The notes below the pieces were generated by a model. That model saw only the letters and a program-made list of their open reading frames with translations. It was not told the origin of the DNA and did no database searches. The translations under genes and the position numbers were made by a program. 64,000 nt of DNA. Origin: Candidatus Omnitrophota bacterium. Its GTDB lineage: Bacteria; Omnitrophota; Gorgyraeia; JABMRG01; JAFGKX01. Positions within the stretch are counted from its first letter, which is position 1. Each line of letters starts with the position of its first letter. Positions 38,851 to 49,326 of the stretch are shown one piece after another. The stretch spans positions 24,376 to 88,375 of the forward strand of contig JAZDPX010000012.1 in the NCBI GenBank assembly GCA_043797125.1, in the 5' to 3' direction.

Positions 38851-39525
38851 ATGAAAACAGAAATCGAGATACTTCCTTCATTATTATCAGCGGATTTTTC
38901 CATACTTACAGAAGAGATAAAAAAGGTTGAACAGGCAGGCTGCAAAAAGCTGCACCTGGATGTGATGGATGGTCACTTTGTGCCTAACATAACCATCGGC
39001 CCTGTTGTGATAAAAAAGATAAGAAAAAAGACCAAGCTTTTTCTCGACGCGCACCTTATGATAGAGAACCCGCAAAAATATATCAACGATTTTAAAGAGG
39101 CAGGCTCCGACGGTATTACCATACACCAGGAAGCGTGTGAAGATTTTTTAGGCGCGATAAGACAGATAAAAAGTTTAGGCCTGGTAGCCGGAGTGGCATT
39201 AAGGCCGAAAACTTCCGTTGATACAATTAAGAATATTATACACGAGGTGGATTTGATTTTAATTATGTCCGTTGAGCCGGGTTTTGGCGGGCAGGCGTAT
39301 ATTGACGGTTCAGAAAAGAAGATAGAAGAGCTGGCGCGCCTGATTAAGGCAAAAGGCCTCAACACACCAATACAGGTTGACGGCGGGATAAATATCCTAA
39401 CTGCGCCGCTGGTAGCTAAAGCAGGGGCAACGCAGCTCGTTGCCGGGAACGCTGTTTTTTGCGGGGATGTCATAAAGAATATTAACGCGTTATATAAAAG
39501 CATAGGTAAAAAAAATGAGAAATAA
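38851..39525 (+). CDS. rpe: Ribulose-phosphate 3-epimerase
   Basis: PSLLSADF, HLDVMDGHFVPN, DAHLM, MSVEPGFGGQ, VDGG. Confidence 0.96.
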   Translation: MKTEIEILPSLLSADFSILTEEIKKVEQAGCKKLHLDVMDGHFVPNITIGPVVIKKIRKKTKLFLDAHLMIENPQKYINDFKEAGSDGITIHQEACEDFLGAIRQIKSLGLVAGVALRPKTSVDTIKNIIHEVDLILIMSVEPGFGGQAYIDGSEKKIEELARLIKAKGLNTPIQVDGGINILTAPLVAKAGATQLVAGNAVFCGDVIKNINALYKSIGKKNEK

Positions 39526-39979
39526 ATTTATGATAGTCATTGGTTCTGATCACGCTGGTTTTAAGCTGAAGCAATATCTTAAAGCGGAGCTGAATAAGCT
39601 TGGTTACAAAATAAAGGACATAGGTACCTTTAGCGAGGAAAGCGTAGATTACCCCGATTATGCAGAGAAAGTAGCTTGTTTGGTAAGTAAATCCAGACAG
39701 AAAAAAGGTATTTTAGTTTGCGCAACAGGAATAGGCATGTCTATAGCAGCTAATAAAATACCCGGCATAAGGGCTGCTTTGGCGTACGATGTATCTGTGG
39801 CAGCGTTGAGCAGGCAGCACAACGACTCAAATATCCTTGTCCTCTCCGGAAGGCCCTGCAACAAGGCAAGAGCAAGAAAGATTTTGCTTGTGTGGCTTAA
39901 AACGGAATTTGAAGGCCAAAGGCACGCAAGAAGAGTGCAAAAGATAGCGAGAATAGAAAAGAAACATCCGGGTGTTTAG
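39515..39979 (+). CDS. rpiB: Ribose-5-phosphate isomerase B
   Basis: GSDHAG, DYPD, CATGIG, ANKIPG, HNDSN, RHARR. Confidence 0.95.
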   Translation: MRNKFMIVIGSDHAGFKLKQYLKAELNKLGYKIKDIGTFSEESVDYPDYAEKVACLVSKSRQKKGILVCATGIGMSIAANKIPGIRAALAYDVSVAALSRQHNDSNILVLSGRPCNKARARKILLVWLKTEFEGQRHARRVQKIARIEKKHPGV

Positions 39980-40029
39980 TTTAGTAGGTTCCCGCCAAAG
40001 CATTTCCTAAAAATACATATACACAACAG

Positions 40030-41067
40030 GTGAACATGACAAAGAAAGATATCAAGGATTTTACTCAGGAAGAGCTTGAAAAGATAGTATTAAAGCTCAA
40101 AGAACAGCCATATAGAGCAGAGCAGGTATTTTTCTGGCTTTATAAAAAGGGCGTGGATAATTTTAGCCAGATGAACAATATACCTAAGTCGCTTCAGCGC
40201 TCATTAAGCGAAAACTATTTATTAAGCGCTCTTACACTCGCAGAGCATCAAAAGTCACAGGACGGCGTTGAGAAGTTTCTCTTCAGGCTTTCGGACGCAA
40301 ATTATATAGAAACGGTGCTTATACATTCAAAATACCGCCAGACAATATGCATTTCAACGCAGGTGGGCTGCAAATTTAGATGCCTGTTTTGCGCAAGCGG
40401 GTCCAAAGGTTATGTAAGAAACCTAAAACCCGCTGAAATAGTAAACCAGGTATTATTCCTGCAGAACAATTTCCTGAATACGATAACCAATTACGTATTT
40501 ATGGGCATGGGCGAGCCGCTGGATAATTACGATAATTTATCAAAGGCGCTTTTGATAATGAACGATGAAAAGGCAATGAATATAGGTTCAAGGAGAATGA
40601 CGATTTCAACCTGCGGCATAATCCCCGGCATAGATAAGCTTAAAAAATTAGGCCTGCAGGTTAATTTATCCGTATCCCTGCATGCTGCGGATAATCAAAA
40701 AAGAGATAAACTGATGCCTGTTAATAAAATTTACCCGCTTGAAAAACTTATAACAGCGTGCGAGAAGTTTATGGAAAAAACAGGCAGGATAATTACGCTT
40801 GAATATGTGTTGATGAAAGAGAAAAACGATACTGCACAGGATGCGGACGCGCTCTCTGTCATAGCCAAGAGGCTGAACGCAAAGGTGAATCTAATTGCGT
40901 ATAGCAGGGTTGGTAACTTAGGGCTAGAATCCCCGCTTGCAAAAGACATAGCCCTGTTTGCAAATAGGCTCCGTAAAAACGGCGCAAAGGTTACGGTAAG
41001 AGATTCAAGAGGCAAGGATATAGCTGCCGCCTGCGGGCAGCTCGCCGGGAAAAAGAAAGATGAGTAA
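40030..41067 (+). CDS. rlmN: Dual-specificity RNA methyltransferase RlmN
   Basis: CISTQVGCKFRCLFCAS, MGMGEP, SLHA, AACGQL. Confidence 0.95.
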   Translation: MNMTKKDIKDFTQEELEKIVLKLKEQPYRAEQVFFWLYKKGVDNFSQMNNIPKSLQRSLSENYLLSALTLAEHQKSQDGVEKFLFRLSDANYIETVLIHSKYRQTICISTQVGCKFRCLFCASGSKGYVRNLKPAEIVNQVLFLQNNFLNTITNYVFMGMGEPLDNYDNLSKALLIMNDEKAMNIGSRRMTISTCGIIPGIDKLKKLGLQVNLSVSLHAADNQKRDKLMPVNKIYPLEKLITACEKFMEKTGRIITLEYVLMKEKNDTAQDADALSVIAKRLNAKVNLIAYSRVGNLGLESPLAKDIALFANRLRKNGAKVTVRDSRGKDIAAACGQLAGKKKDE

Positions 41068-42334
41068 AGGCGCAATTTACGACGTCGCTGTTATTGGCGC
41101 AGGCGCAGCCGGGACCATGGCTGCTATCAGGGCTGGTGAGCTTGGCAGGAAAGCGCTTTTAATTGAGAGAAATAATTCCATAGGCAAAAAGATCCTTCTT
41201 ACAGGCAAAGGCAGATGCAATATTACCAATAGCGCTTCTATTGATACGTTCATAGAAAAATTTCAGGAACAAGGCGAATTCTTCAGGACAGCTTTTCACA
41301 AGTTTTTTAATCAGGATTTGATTGATTTTTTTCAGGCCAAAGGCCTGGAGCTTAAAGAGGAAAGGCAGGGCAGGGTTTTTCCAGCAACAGATAAAGCCGA
41401 GTCTGTTCTTGAAGTTTTCAATAAATGCCTTGTTGATAATAAAATAGATACGCTTTTTAATACGCGCCTGGTCGGAATCAACATAGAAGACGCCGGCTTT
41501 AAGCTGGCCCTAGACAATAATAACAGCATCCACGCAAAAAAGGCGATTCTGGCGACAGGGGGGATTTCTTATAAAGCCACAGGCTCTACAGGCGACGGAT
41601 TTTTAATAGCCAAAAAACTCGGGCATGAAATTACGCCTTTAAAACCCGCCCTGGTTCCTTTAAAGGTAAGCCAGCCATGGATAAAACAATTGCAGGGGTT
41701 GTCATTACGAAACATACGCATCAGTTTTGAGTGCGCCAAAAAGAAAAAAGCCTCCGCGATAGGAGAATTGATGTTTACGCATTTCGGGATTTCAGGGCCA
41801 TTAGTTTTGGATCTAAGCGGCGAAATAGTAAACTTGCTTGAAAAACATAAGAAAATAGATCTTTTTATAGATTTTAAGCCGGCTCTTAAGCGCGAGCAAC
41901 TCGAAACCAGGCTGCTAAAAGAGTTTAAGGCAAGAGGAAATATGCAGTTAAAAAGCATCATGAAAGGCCTGCTGCCACAGAGGATGATACAGGTGTTTAT
42001 ATGCTTGCTTAATTTAAACCCTATGGTAAAATTAAACCAAATTACGCAAGGACAAAGGCGTTCTATAATAAATCTGCTAAAGGCGCTGCCTTTAACAGTT
42101 ACAGGCGCGTTGCCCATAGAAGAGGCAATGGTTACAAACGGTGGGGTTTCAACAAAGCAAATTAACCCAAGGACCATGGAATCCAGGCTTGTAAGCGGCC
42201 TGTATTTTGTGGGAGAAATTATAGACGGCTGCGCTCCGAGCGGCGGCTATAATCTTCAACAGGCATTTTCAACAGGTTATCTTGCCGGCGAGGAGGCAGC
42301 TCGCCAGGTAAATCAGCTAAAGGATAAAGGTTAA
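41060..42334 (+). CDS. HI0933/YhiN family flavoprotein
   Basis: GAGAAG, GKGRCNITN, ATGG.SY..TGSTGDG, FTHFGISGP, GGYNLQQA. Confidence 0.9.
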   Translation: MSKGAIYDVAVIGAGAAGTMAAIRAGELGRKALLIERNNSIGKKILLTGKGRCNITNSASIDTFIEKFQEQGEFFRTAFHKFFNQDLIDFFQAKGLELKEERQGRVFPATDKAESVLEVFNKCLVDNKIDTLFNTRLVGINIEDAGFKLALDNNNSIHAKKAILATGGISYKATGSTGDGFLIAKKLGHEITPLKPALVPLKVSQPWIKQLQGLSLRNIRISFECAKKKKASAIGELMFTHFGISGPLVLDLSGEIVNLLEKHKKIDLFIDFKPALKREQLETRLLKEFKARGNMQLKSIMKGLLPQRMIQVFICLLNLNPMVKLNQITQGQRRSIINLLKALPLTVTGALPIEEAMVTNGGVSTKQINPRTMESRLVSGLYFVGEIIDGCAPSGGYNLQQAFSTGYLAGEEAARQVNQLKDKG

Positions 42335-42350
42335 AGGATAGACGACTATT

Positions 42351-43727
42351 ATGAAAAGAAAACTCTCCATTATTATTTGCGTCGCTTTATTAGCGGCGCT
42401 GGGAGGCCTGAAAATAGGCTTTAGTGTGCATCAGGCCATAACAATAGGCGTGTTTTTAATGTCGCTTCTGGGGATAATATTCTTCTGGGATTTACGGCTT
42501 AGCTTTGTTTTTTTAGGCGCAGGAATTTTACTTATCACGCGGTCTGTTGACCTGGAAAACCTCATAAAATTCGCGTCCCTTGACGTAATACTTTTTCTTA
42601 TAGGAATGATGATCTTAGTCGGCATGATGAACGAGGCAGGCCTGATTATGTGGATTATAACCAAACTGTTGACTGTTAAAAAAATAACAGGCAGGAAACT
42701 TTTTGTGCTGATTATGCTGGTTTCAGCTACCTGTACAGGGCTTATGGATGAAGTGACCTCGATAATAATAATGACAAAGATTATTCTGACAATTTGCGAT
42801 TTCTTCGAGATAAACCCCGTACCTTTATTGATTTCCTCGGTTTTGGCGACAAACATAGGTTCTGCCAGCACTGTTCTCGGTAACCCCATAGGCGTGCTTA
42901 TAGCCGCGAGAGGCAACCTTACGTTTGAGGATTTCTTAACGCAGGCCTTGCCTATAACGATAGTTGTTTTATTGGTTACCATTTGTTTTTTGCTATTTTG
43001 GTTCAGGAAATATATCGCGCAGCTTAACGAAAAACTTGTCTCGCTCGGCGAGAACAAGTTTTTTCTATCGCTTATTTCTATTCCGGCTGATAGAAAGGTG
43101 AGAATAAGCATATTTATTTTTTCGCTTACCTTACTAAGCATCGCCCTTCACAGGCGTATAGAATTATTGTTTGGCCTTGAAGAAAATACCCTTTTGTTAA
43201 TGCTGCCTATTATTGCGGCCGGGATAGTCTTAGTCTATCGGCGCGATAAAGTGCGTTATTACGTTGAACATGAGATTGAATGGTTTTCTTTGCTGTTTTT
43301 CCTGTTTCTTTTCGCTTTGGCAGGGGTTATTAAATACTCAGGCATATCTGATATTTTCGCGAACAAGCTTGTCGCCACTATCGGGACAAACCAGAATCTT
43401 TTTTCAGCAATTATGCTGTATTCAAGCGGCATTCTTTCGGGAGTATTAGATAATACGGTTGTTGTGGCAACCTATGTGCCCATAGTCCAGAGCTTGGGCT
43501 CTTTAGACATACCGCTAAGGACTTTATGGTGGGCAATATTATTCGGCGCCTGCTACGGCGGAAACATTACAATGATAGGCTCTACTGCTAACGTAGTCGC
43601 GTTGGATATCCTGGAAAAAACGGAAAACAAAAAGATAAACTTTTTTGAATGGATGAAACTCGGCCTTATTGTCGGAATCATATCCATGACAATCGCGTAT
43701 GCCTTTCTTTTTCTTTTTTTCAAATGA
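42351..43727 (+). CDS. ArsB/NhaD/CitM-family ion transporter
   Basis: MDEVT, ATNIGS..GNP, LDNT, GGNITMIGSTAN; many TMs. Confidence 0.8.
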   Translation: MKRKLSIIICVALLAALGGLKIGFSVHQAITIGVFLMSLLGIIFFWDLRLSFVFLGAGILLITRSVDLENLIKFASLDVILFLIGMMILVGMMNEAGLIMWIITKLLTVKKITGRKLFVLIMLVSATCTGLMDEVTSIIIMTKIILTICDFFEINPVPLLISSVLATNIGSASTVLGNPIGVLIAARGNLTFEDFLTQALPITIVVLLVTICFLLFWFRKYIAQLNEKLVSLGENKFFLSLISIPADRKVRISIFIFSLTLLSIALHRRIELLFGLEENTLLLMLPIIAAGIVLVYRRDKVRYYVEHEIEWFSLLFFLFLFALAGVIKYSGISDIFANKLVATIGTNQNLFSAIMLYSSGILSGVLDNTVVVATYVPIVQSLGSLDIPLRTLWWAILFGACYGGNITMIGSTANVVALDILEKTENKKINFFEWMKLGLIVGIISMTIAYAFLFLFFK

Positions 43728-44665
43728 GTCGTAAGCCTAAAAAATTATTTTTTGTTTTTTACTGCTTAATTTGCGCCTTTTTATCGGCAGGTTGTCAAAA
43801 TAAACGCCTCTATACAGAAACCTGCATTGCCATGGGAACATTTATAGAGGTAAAATCCCCGCACAAAGAAGCCGCAGGCATTGTCTTTAAAGAGATAAAA
43901 AGAATAGAGAGCCTGTTAAGCAAATATAATCCGGAAAGTGAAGTCTCAAGGTTAAATAAATCCGGCGCATTAAATGTAAGCCCCGAGACATTTTTTGTGG
44001 TGAAAAAATCAAAGGAATTCTGGCAGGCAACCGGCGGCGCGTTTGATATCACTGTTAGCCCCCTGATAGACCTTTGGGGGTTTACCGATAAAAAATATAA
44101 TGTGCCGGCAAAAGAGGAAATTGAGAATACGCTGAAGCTTATCGGGTCAGATAAAATTATTTTAGAAGACAAAGACAATACGATAAAATTCTCAACTTTC
44201 GGGATGAAGATAGACTTAGGCGCTGTTGCTAAGGGCTATGCCCTTGATTGCGCAAAAAATAAACTAAAACAGGCAGGAATAGAAAATTGCCTATTAAATG
44301 CGGGCGGACAAGTATTTGCATTGGGAAATAATTACGGCTTACCATGGAGAGTTGCCATTAGGGGAGCGCGCGAAAATAAATTTGCCGGATATTTAGAACT
44401 GGAAAATAAATCTGTTTCCACGTCCGGAGATTACGAGCAGTTTTTCCTTGAAGGTAATAAGCGTTATGCGCATATTATAGACCCTAAAACCGGCTATCCC
44501 GTTGACTCTGACGTTGTTTCAGTTACGGTGGTTGCCGAAGACGGCTTAACCGCCGATGTTCTTTCAACCGCAATTTTTGTATTAGGCAAAGAAAAAGGCA
44601 AAAGCCTGGCCAAGAAGTTTCCGGATACAAAAGTGAAAATAATAGTAACAGTTCAGCCACAATAA
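43724..44665 (+). CDS. apbE: FAD:protein FMN transferase lipoprotein
   Basis: Lipobox LSAGC, AMGT, GAFDIT, DLGAVAKG, STSGDYE, HIIDPKTG; ATG 43724. Confidence 0.92.
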   Translation: MSRKPKKLFFVFYCLICAFLSAGCQNKRLYTETCIAMGTFIEVKSPHKEAAGIVFKEIKRIESLLSKYNPESEVSRLNKSGALNVSPETFFVVKKSKEFWQATGGAFDITVSPLIDLWGFTDKKYNVPAKEEIENTLKLIGSDKIILEDKDNTIKFSTFGMKIDLGAVAKGYALDCAKNKLKQAGIENCLLNAGGQVFALGNNYGLPWRVAIRGARENKFAGYLELENKSVSTSGDYEQFFLEGNKRYAHIIDPKTGYPVDSDVVSVTVVAEDGLTADVLSTAIFVLGKEKGKSLAKKFPDTKVKIIVTVQPQ

Positions 44666-44678
44666 GTATCTCGACTCG

Positions 44679-44710
44679 GACGTAGCGGAGGCTTAAGCCT
44701 CCGCTACGTC
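44679..44710. repeat. Perfect 32-bp GTAG-type REP palindrome
   Basis: GACGTAGCGGAGGCTT|AAGCCTCCGCTACGTC; same core as in family B. Confidence 0.85.
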
Positions 44711-44772
44711 GGGAGGCCTTCCAATAGCTGAGCTATTACAAATAATAAGTTCTACTAGAACATAAAGAGTAA

Positions 44773-45003
44773 ATGGAAAAAGTATCTTTAATTAAACTTA
44801 AGCCAAATCATAAAGGAAAAATTTCTGAGATTTCAGGGGGCGTGGCTCTTCAAAGAAGGCTTATGAATTTAGGTATATATAAAGGCAGAGAAGTTACCAA
44901 GCTTAGCCATATCGGTTTAAGAGGCCCTGTTGTAATGAGGGTTGGCAGGAGCATCCTTGCTTTAGGGCATGGCATGGCATCAAAAATTATATTGGAAAAA
45001 TAA
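44773..45003 (+). CDS. feoA: Ferrous iron transport protein A
   Basis: RRLMNLGI, GPVV, ALGHGMA; precedes feoB. Confidence 0.9.
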   Translation: MEKVSLIKLKPNHKGKISEISGGVALQRRLMNLGIYKGREVTKLSHIGLRGPVVMRVGRSILALGHGMASKIILEK

Positions 45004-46727
45004 TGATAAAGAAGATTTATCTTATCGGCAATCCCAACGTAGGTAAGAGCGTGGTATTTTCGCGCCTCACAGGCGTTCAGGCAATATCTTCTAATTATCC
45101 CGGCACAACCGTAGAAATAACCAAAGGCTATCTGAAATTAGGCGAAGATAAAATTGAGGTTGTAGACCTGCCCGGGACCTATTCGCTTGAGCCTTCTTCT
45201 TCAGCGGAAGAAGCGGCAGTGTCTTTGCTGAAAGAATATCCAAAAGAAGAGATAGCGGTAATCAACATTATCGACGCTACTAATCTTGAGAGAAATTTAC
45301 TCCTGACTTTGCAGTTGCTGGAGCAGGGGTATCCGGTAATAGTTTGCCTTAATATGTGCGATGACGCCGGGCACAGGGGCATACACATAGATTTCCAAAA
45401 GCTGGAAAAACTCCTGGGCGTTGCAGTTATTCCTACCTGCGCAGTAACGGGCTCAGGGATAAAATCATTAATCAGCAGGATACAGGAGGCAGAGCCTGCA
45501 TTAATAGATAAACTCGTTTCTGAGGCGCGCTGGCTTGAAATAGGCAAAATTGTTGAGCAGGTCCAGCGATTAGAACACAGGCACCATACCCTAAGAGAAT
45601 TATTGGAGGATGCGTCTGTCAGGCCTTTATCAGGCCTTTTGATGGCTGCGGGCGTAATTTACGCCTCATTTAAAATTGTGCGCTTTGTTGGAGAGTTTAT
45701 CGTTAACAGGATAACCGACCCTGTCTTTATTAATTTTGTAAAACCCCTTTTGGAAAAATTGACCCTTCATTGGCAGGAGGAAGGGTTCTGGTTTCACCTT
45801 TTAATCGGCGACTTGATAAACGGCAAAATTGATTTTAAGCAATCCCTCGGCGTGCTTACAACAGCCCCTTACATTGAATTCGGCATGGTCTTGCCTTATA
45901 TGATATCATTCTATTTTATCTTAAGCCTTTTGGAAGATATCGGATATCTGCCGCGTCTGGCAATACTTCTGGATAATGTTTTGCACCAGTTGGGCTTACA
46001 TGGTTTTGCAATTATTCCCGTGCTCTTGGGCTTCGGTTGCAATGTCCCGGGCATCTTAGCAACGCGGTCTCTTGAATCCAAACGCGAAAGGCTCATCGCG
46101 TCGACCGTTATTTCCATAGGCGTGCCATGCGTTCCGCTGCAGGCAATGATTTTCGGCTTGCTGGGTAAATTCGGAGGATTTTACGTAGGCGGTGTATATC
46201 TGGTTTTATTCAGCCTGATTTTAATATTGGGGATTATTTTAAACAGCGCGCTCAAAGGCTATAGCCCGGAATTTCTGTTGGAGATTCCGCCATACAGGCT
46301 TCCTCCGTTGAATGTCCTGTTAAAAAAATTATACTTTCGCATCAAGGCCTTTTTAATCGAGGCAGTGCCCGTAGTGCTTATCGGCGTTATGGTTGTAAAT
46401 ATACTCATATACTTTAAGCTTTTTGATATAGTGACCGGCATATTCGCCCCCGTGGTCAATGGTTTATTTGGCCTGCCAAAGCAGGCTATAGCCGCTCTTA
46501 TTATCGGATTCTTAAGAAAAGATGTTGCTGTCGGAATGCTGATGCCGTTGGGCTTATCTGCTAAGCAACTGTTTATCGCGGCAACGTTATTGGCAATATC
46601 GTTTCCGTGCATTGCCACGTTTATTGTTTTATGGAAAGAGCTGGGCATGAAAGATTTAATAAAATCAACGCTTATCATGATATCTGTCAGCGTAATAGTC
46701 GGGACAATGCTTAATTTTTTTATATAG
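45003..46727 (+). CDS. feoB: Ferrous iron transport protein B
   Basis: GNPNVGKS, NYPGTTVE, DLPGTYSL, GFGCNVP, LEIPPYR. Confidence 0.93.
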   Translation: MIKKIYLIGNPNVGKSVVFSRLTGVQAISSNYPGTTVEITKGYLKLGEDKIEVVDLPGTYSLEPSSSAEEAAVSLLKEYPKEEIAVINIIDATNLERNLLLTLQLLEQGYPVIVCLNMCDDAGHRGIHIDFQKLEKLLGVAVIPTCAVTGSGIKSLISRIQEAEPALIDKLVSEARWLEIGKIVEQVQRLEHRHHTLRELLEDASVRPLSGLLMAAGVIYASFKIVRFVGEFIVNRITDPVFINFVKPLLEKLTLHWQEEGFWFHLLIGDLINGKIDFKQSLGVLTTAPYIEFGMVLPYMISFYFILSLLEDIGYLPRLAILLDNVLHQLGLHGFAIIPVLLGFGCNVPGILATRSLESKRERLIASTVISIGVPCVPLQAMIFGLLGKFGGFYVGGVYLVLFSLILILGIILNSALKGYSPEFLLEIPPYRLPPLNVLLKKLYFRIKAFLIEAVPVVLIGVMVVNILIYFKLFDIVTGIFAPVVNGLFGLPKQAIAALIIGFLRKDVAVGMLMPLGLSAKQLFIAATLLAISFPCIATFIVLWKELGMKDLIKSTLIMISVSVIVGTMLNFFI

Positions 46728-46739
46728 GAGGGAGCAGGT

Positions 46740-47591
46740 ATGTTTAGGAAATTATTGTTTATTTTAATTATTATTGCCTTCGCAAGTTCTGCGTTTGCCG
46801 CCAGAGGTAAAAATTCGATACAAGTCAAAGGTTCGGATACCATGGTTAATTTAGGCCAGGCCTGGGCTGAAAAATTTATGGAGAAAAACCCGGGCTATTT
46901 TGTGGCAGTTACAGGCGGAGGCTCAGGCACAGGGCTTTCAAGCCTTATAAGCGGCACCTGCGATATTACTATGAGCTCAAGAAACATCAAAGAAAAGGAA
47001 ATCGGCCTTGCCAAACAGAAAGGCGTAAATCCCAATGAAATAAAAGTAGCGTTAGACGGCCTTGCTGTCGTGGTAAACCCGGGCAATCCCGTGACTAAGC
47101 TTACCGTGGCCAAACTGGCAGGTATTTTTACCGGGAGAATCTCTAACTGGAAAGAAGTCGGCGGTAGAGATGAAAGAATAGTGATACTTTCACGCGAGGT
47201 TAACTCAGGAACCCATGTTTATTTTAAGGAACACATATTAAGAGGCAACGACCCTAACAGCAAAGAAGAATTCGCGCCGGCAGCTTTAATGCTTTCATCT
47301 TCCCAGGCAATTGCCGATGAGGTAGCTGGAAATTCCGCCGCTATCGGATATTATGGAATGGGCTATATTTCAAAAAACCAAAAACCATTAGCCATAGCAG
47401 TAGATGAAAATTCAGAATATGTAGCGCCCGCAACGGAAAACGTCATAAACGGTAAATACCCTGTTTTAAGGCCGTTGTTTCTTTATACCAACGGCACGCC
47501 GCAAGCGCAGGTAAAAAAATTTATAGATTTTGCGCTTTCCGAAGAAGGCCAGGATATTGTCTTAGAAACTGATTTTGTGCCTGTTAAATAG
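46740..47591 (+). CDS. pstS: Phosphate ABC transporter substrate-binding protein
   Basis: Signal peptide, KGSDT, GGGSGTG, SSR, SREVNSGT. Confidence 0.9.
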   Translation: MFRKLLFILIIIAFASSAFAARGKNSIQVKGSDTMVNLGQAWAEKFMEKNPGYFVAVTGGGSGTGLSSLISGTCDITMSSRNIKEKEIGLAKQKGVNPNEIKVALDGLAVVVNPGNPVTKLTVAKLAGIFTGRISNWKEVGGRDERIVILSREVNSGTHVYFKEHILRGNDPNSKEEFAPAALMLSSSQAIADEVAGNSAAIGYYGMGYISKNQKPLAIAVDENSEYVAPATENVINGKYPVLRPLFLYTNGTPQAQVKKFIDFALSEEGQDIVLETDFVPVK

Positions 47592-47607
47592 TTTGAAGTT
47601 GAAAGCC

Positions 47608-48474
47608 GTGAATAAGGTAAAAGAATTTATAATTGAAAAATTAATCTTTGTTTGTGGGTTAGTTTCCGTTTTTTTTGTGGTATTAATTTTTCTTTTTCTG
47701 CTTAAAGAAGGGCTTGCGTTATTTAGGACCGCAGGCCCTTTAAAGTTTCTTTTTGGCAGGAACTGGTATCCTATTTCCGAACCGCCTCAGTTGGGAATAC
47801 TTCCGTTAATTCTCGGTTCATTATTTGTTACTTTAGGGGCAGCTATTATTTCTATCCCTATCGGGGTCGGGTGCGCGGTTTTCATCGCAGAAATAGCCCC
47901 CTTAAAAATCAAGGAGGCGCTCAAGGCAGGCATAGAATTGCTGGCAGCTATACCAAGCGTTGTCTTGGGATTTATCGGCATGGTGACCCTTGTGCCTTTG
48001 GTAAAAGGAGTTTTTCACCTGCCGACAGGGCTGACCGCATTGTCAGGGTCTGTAATGCTGGCATTTATGGCTATGCCCACAATAGTTTCAATAGCGGAGG
48101 ATGCGCTATATTCGGTCCCAAAGATATATAAAGAAGGCGCTCTCGCGCTTGGGGCGACGCGTTGGCAAATGATATGGCGGGTAATGCTTCCGGCTGCATC
48201 AAGCGGCATACTTGCGGCGGTCATGCTTGGGATAGGCAGGGTAATAGGCGAGACCATGGCGGTAATGATGATTACAGGCAATGCTGCGGTTATGCCGAAA
48301 AGCATTTTGGCGCCTGTCAGAACATTGACCGCTACCATTGCCGCTGAAATGGGCGAGGCTGTGATGGGCAGCGAACATTATTTTGCTTTGTTTGCCATTG
48401 GTATAGTTTTATTTGTTATCAGTTTTGCCATTAATGTAACCGCGGACTTATTTTTACACAAAAGGCAGGGATGA
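47608..48474 (+). CDS. pstC: Phosphate ABC permease PstC (start uncertain)
   Basis: ELLAAIPSVV, EGALALGA, RVIGETMAV, TIAAEMGE. Confidence 0.9.
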   Translation: MNKVKEFIIEKLIFVCGLVSVFFVVLIFLFLLKEGLALFRTAGPLKFLFGRNWYPISEPPQLGILPLILGSLFVTLGAAIISIPIGVGCAVFIAEIAPLKIKEALKAGIELLAAIPSVVLGFIGMVTLVPLVKGVFHLPTGLTALSGSVMLAFMAMPTIVSIAEDALYSVPKIYKEGALALGATRWQMIWRVMLPAASSGILAAVMLGIGRVIGETMAVMMITGNAAVMPKSILAPVRTLTATIAAEMGEAVMGSEHYFALFAIGIVLFVISFAINVTADLFLHKRQG

Positions 48475-49319
48475 AAAACCCTTATAGAACACAAAATATC
48501 GCATTTTCACTTTTGTTCTTAGCGACGCTTTTAATAGTAATCCCTGTAGGCTTAATCGTCGTCGTTATTATACAGAAAGGGTTACCCGCAATTAACTGGC
48601 AGTTTCTTTCGGATATGCCGCGGCAAGGAATGCGTGCAGGCGGTATATTCCCGGCAATTATAGGAACGATATATTTGGTGACGGGCGCTATTGTTTTTGC
48701 TCTGCCGATAGGGCTTCTTGCGGCAATATACTTAACCGAATACGCAAAAGATAACCTGCTTACGCGCCTTATAAAATTGGCAATCGTCAACCTTGCAGGA
48801 GTGCCTTCTGTGGTTTACGGGCTTTTTGGCCTGGCGCTTTTTGTGGTATTTCTTAAATTCGGAGTATCGATTATTTCCGGCTCTCTTACCCTCGGGATTA
48901 TGATTCTTCCCGTCATTATTACTACTTCGCGCGAGGCCCTGGAAAGCGTGCCGCATTCATTTCGCGAAGTAAGCCTGTCTTTAGGCGCAAGCAAATGGCA
49001 GACCGTAAGGCACATTGTCCTTCCCAGCGCCGTACCGGGCATATTAACCGGAACTATTTTAGGTTTAGGAAGGGCGGCTGGAGAAACAGCTCCTATTCTT
49101 TTTACTGTCGCGGCTTTCTACCTGCCGCAATTGCCCAATTCTATCTTTGATCAGGCGATGGCGTTGCCCTACCATCTCTATGTCATCTCAACACAGGTGC
49201 CTAATGTCGATGAGAAGATAAGGTATGGGACAGCGTTTGTCTTGCTAACATTGGTTTTATTTATGAACCTAGTGGCGATAATAATACGCTATAAGTTTAG
49301 AAAGAAAAAGAAATGGTAG
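48471..49319 (+). CDS. pstA: Phosphate ABC permease PstA
   Basis: GGIFPAIIGT, LAGVPSVVYGLFG, RAAGETAP. Confidence 0.92.
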   Translation: MKNPYRTQNIAFSLLFLATLLIVIPVGLIVVVIIQKGLPAINWQFLSDMPRQGMRAGGIFPAIIGTIYLVTGAIVFALPIGLLAAIYLTEYAKDNLLTRLIKLAIVNLAGVPSVVYGLFGLALFVVFLKFGVSIISGSLTLGIMILPVIITTSREALESVPHSFREVSLSLGASKWQTVRHIVLPSAVPGILTGTILGLGRAAGETAPILFTVAAFYLPQLPNSIFDQAMALPYHLYVISTQVPNVDEKIRYGTAFVLLTLVLFMNLVAIIIRYKFRKKKKW

Positions 49320-49326
49320 CGCTGCA

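Noticed and set aside
42431-43141. Long antisense ORFs (also 456-1091, 15723-16307, 35584-36249, 41569-42177, 46259-46843)
   Set aside because: Shadows of well-supported genes on the opposite strand
44720-44772. Fur box before feoA
   Set aside because: AT-rich but no convincing GATAATGATAATCATTATC-like inverted repeat
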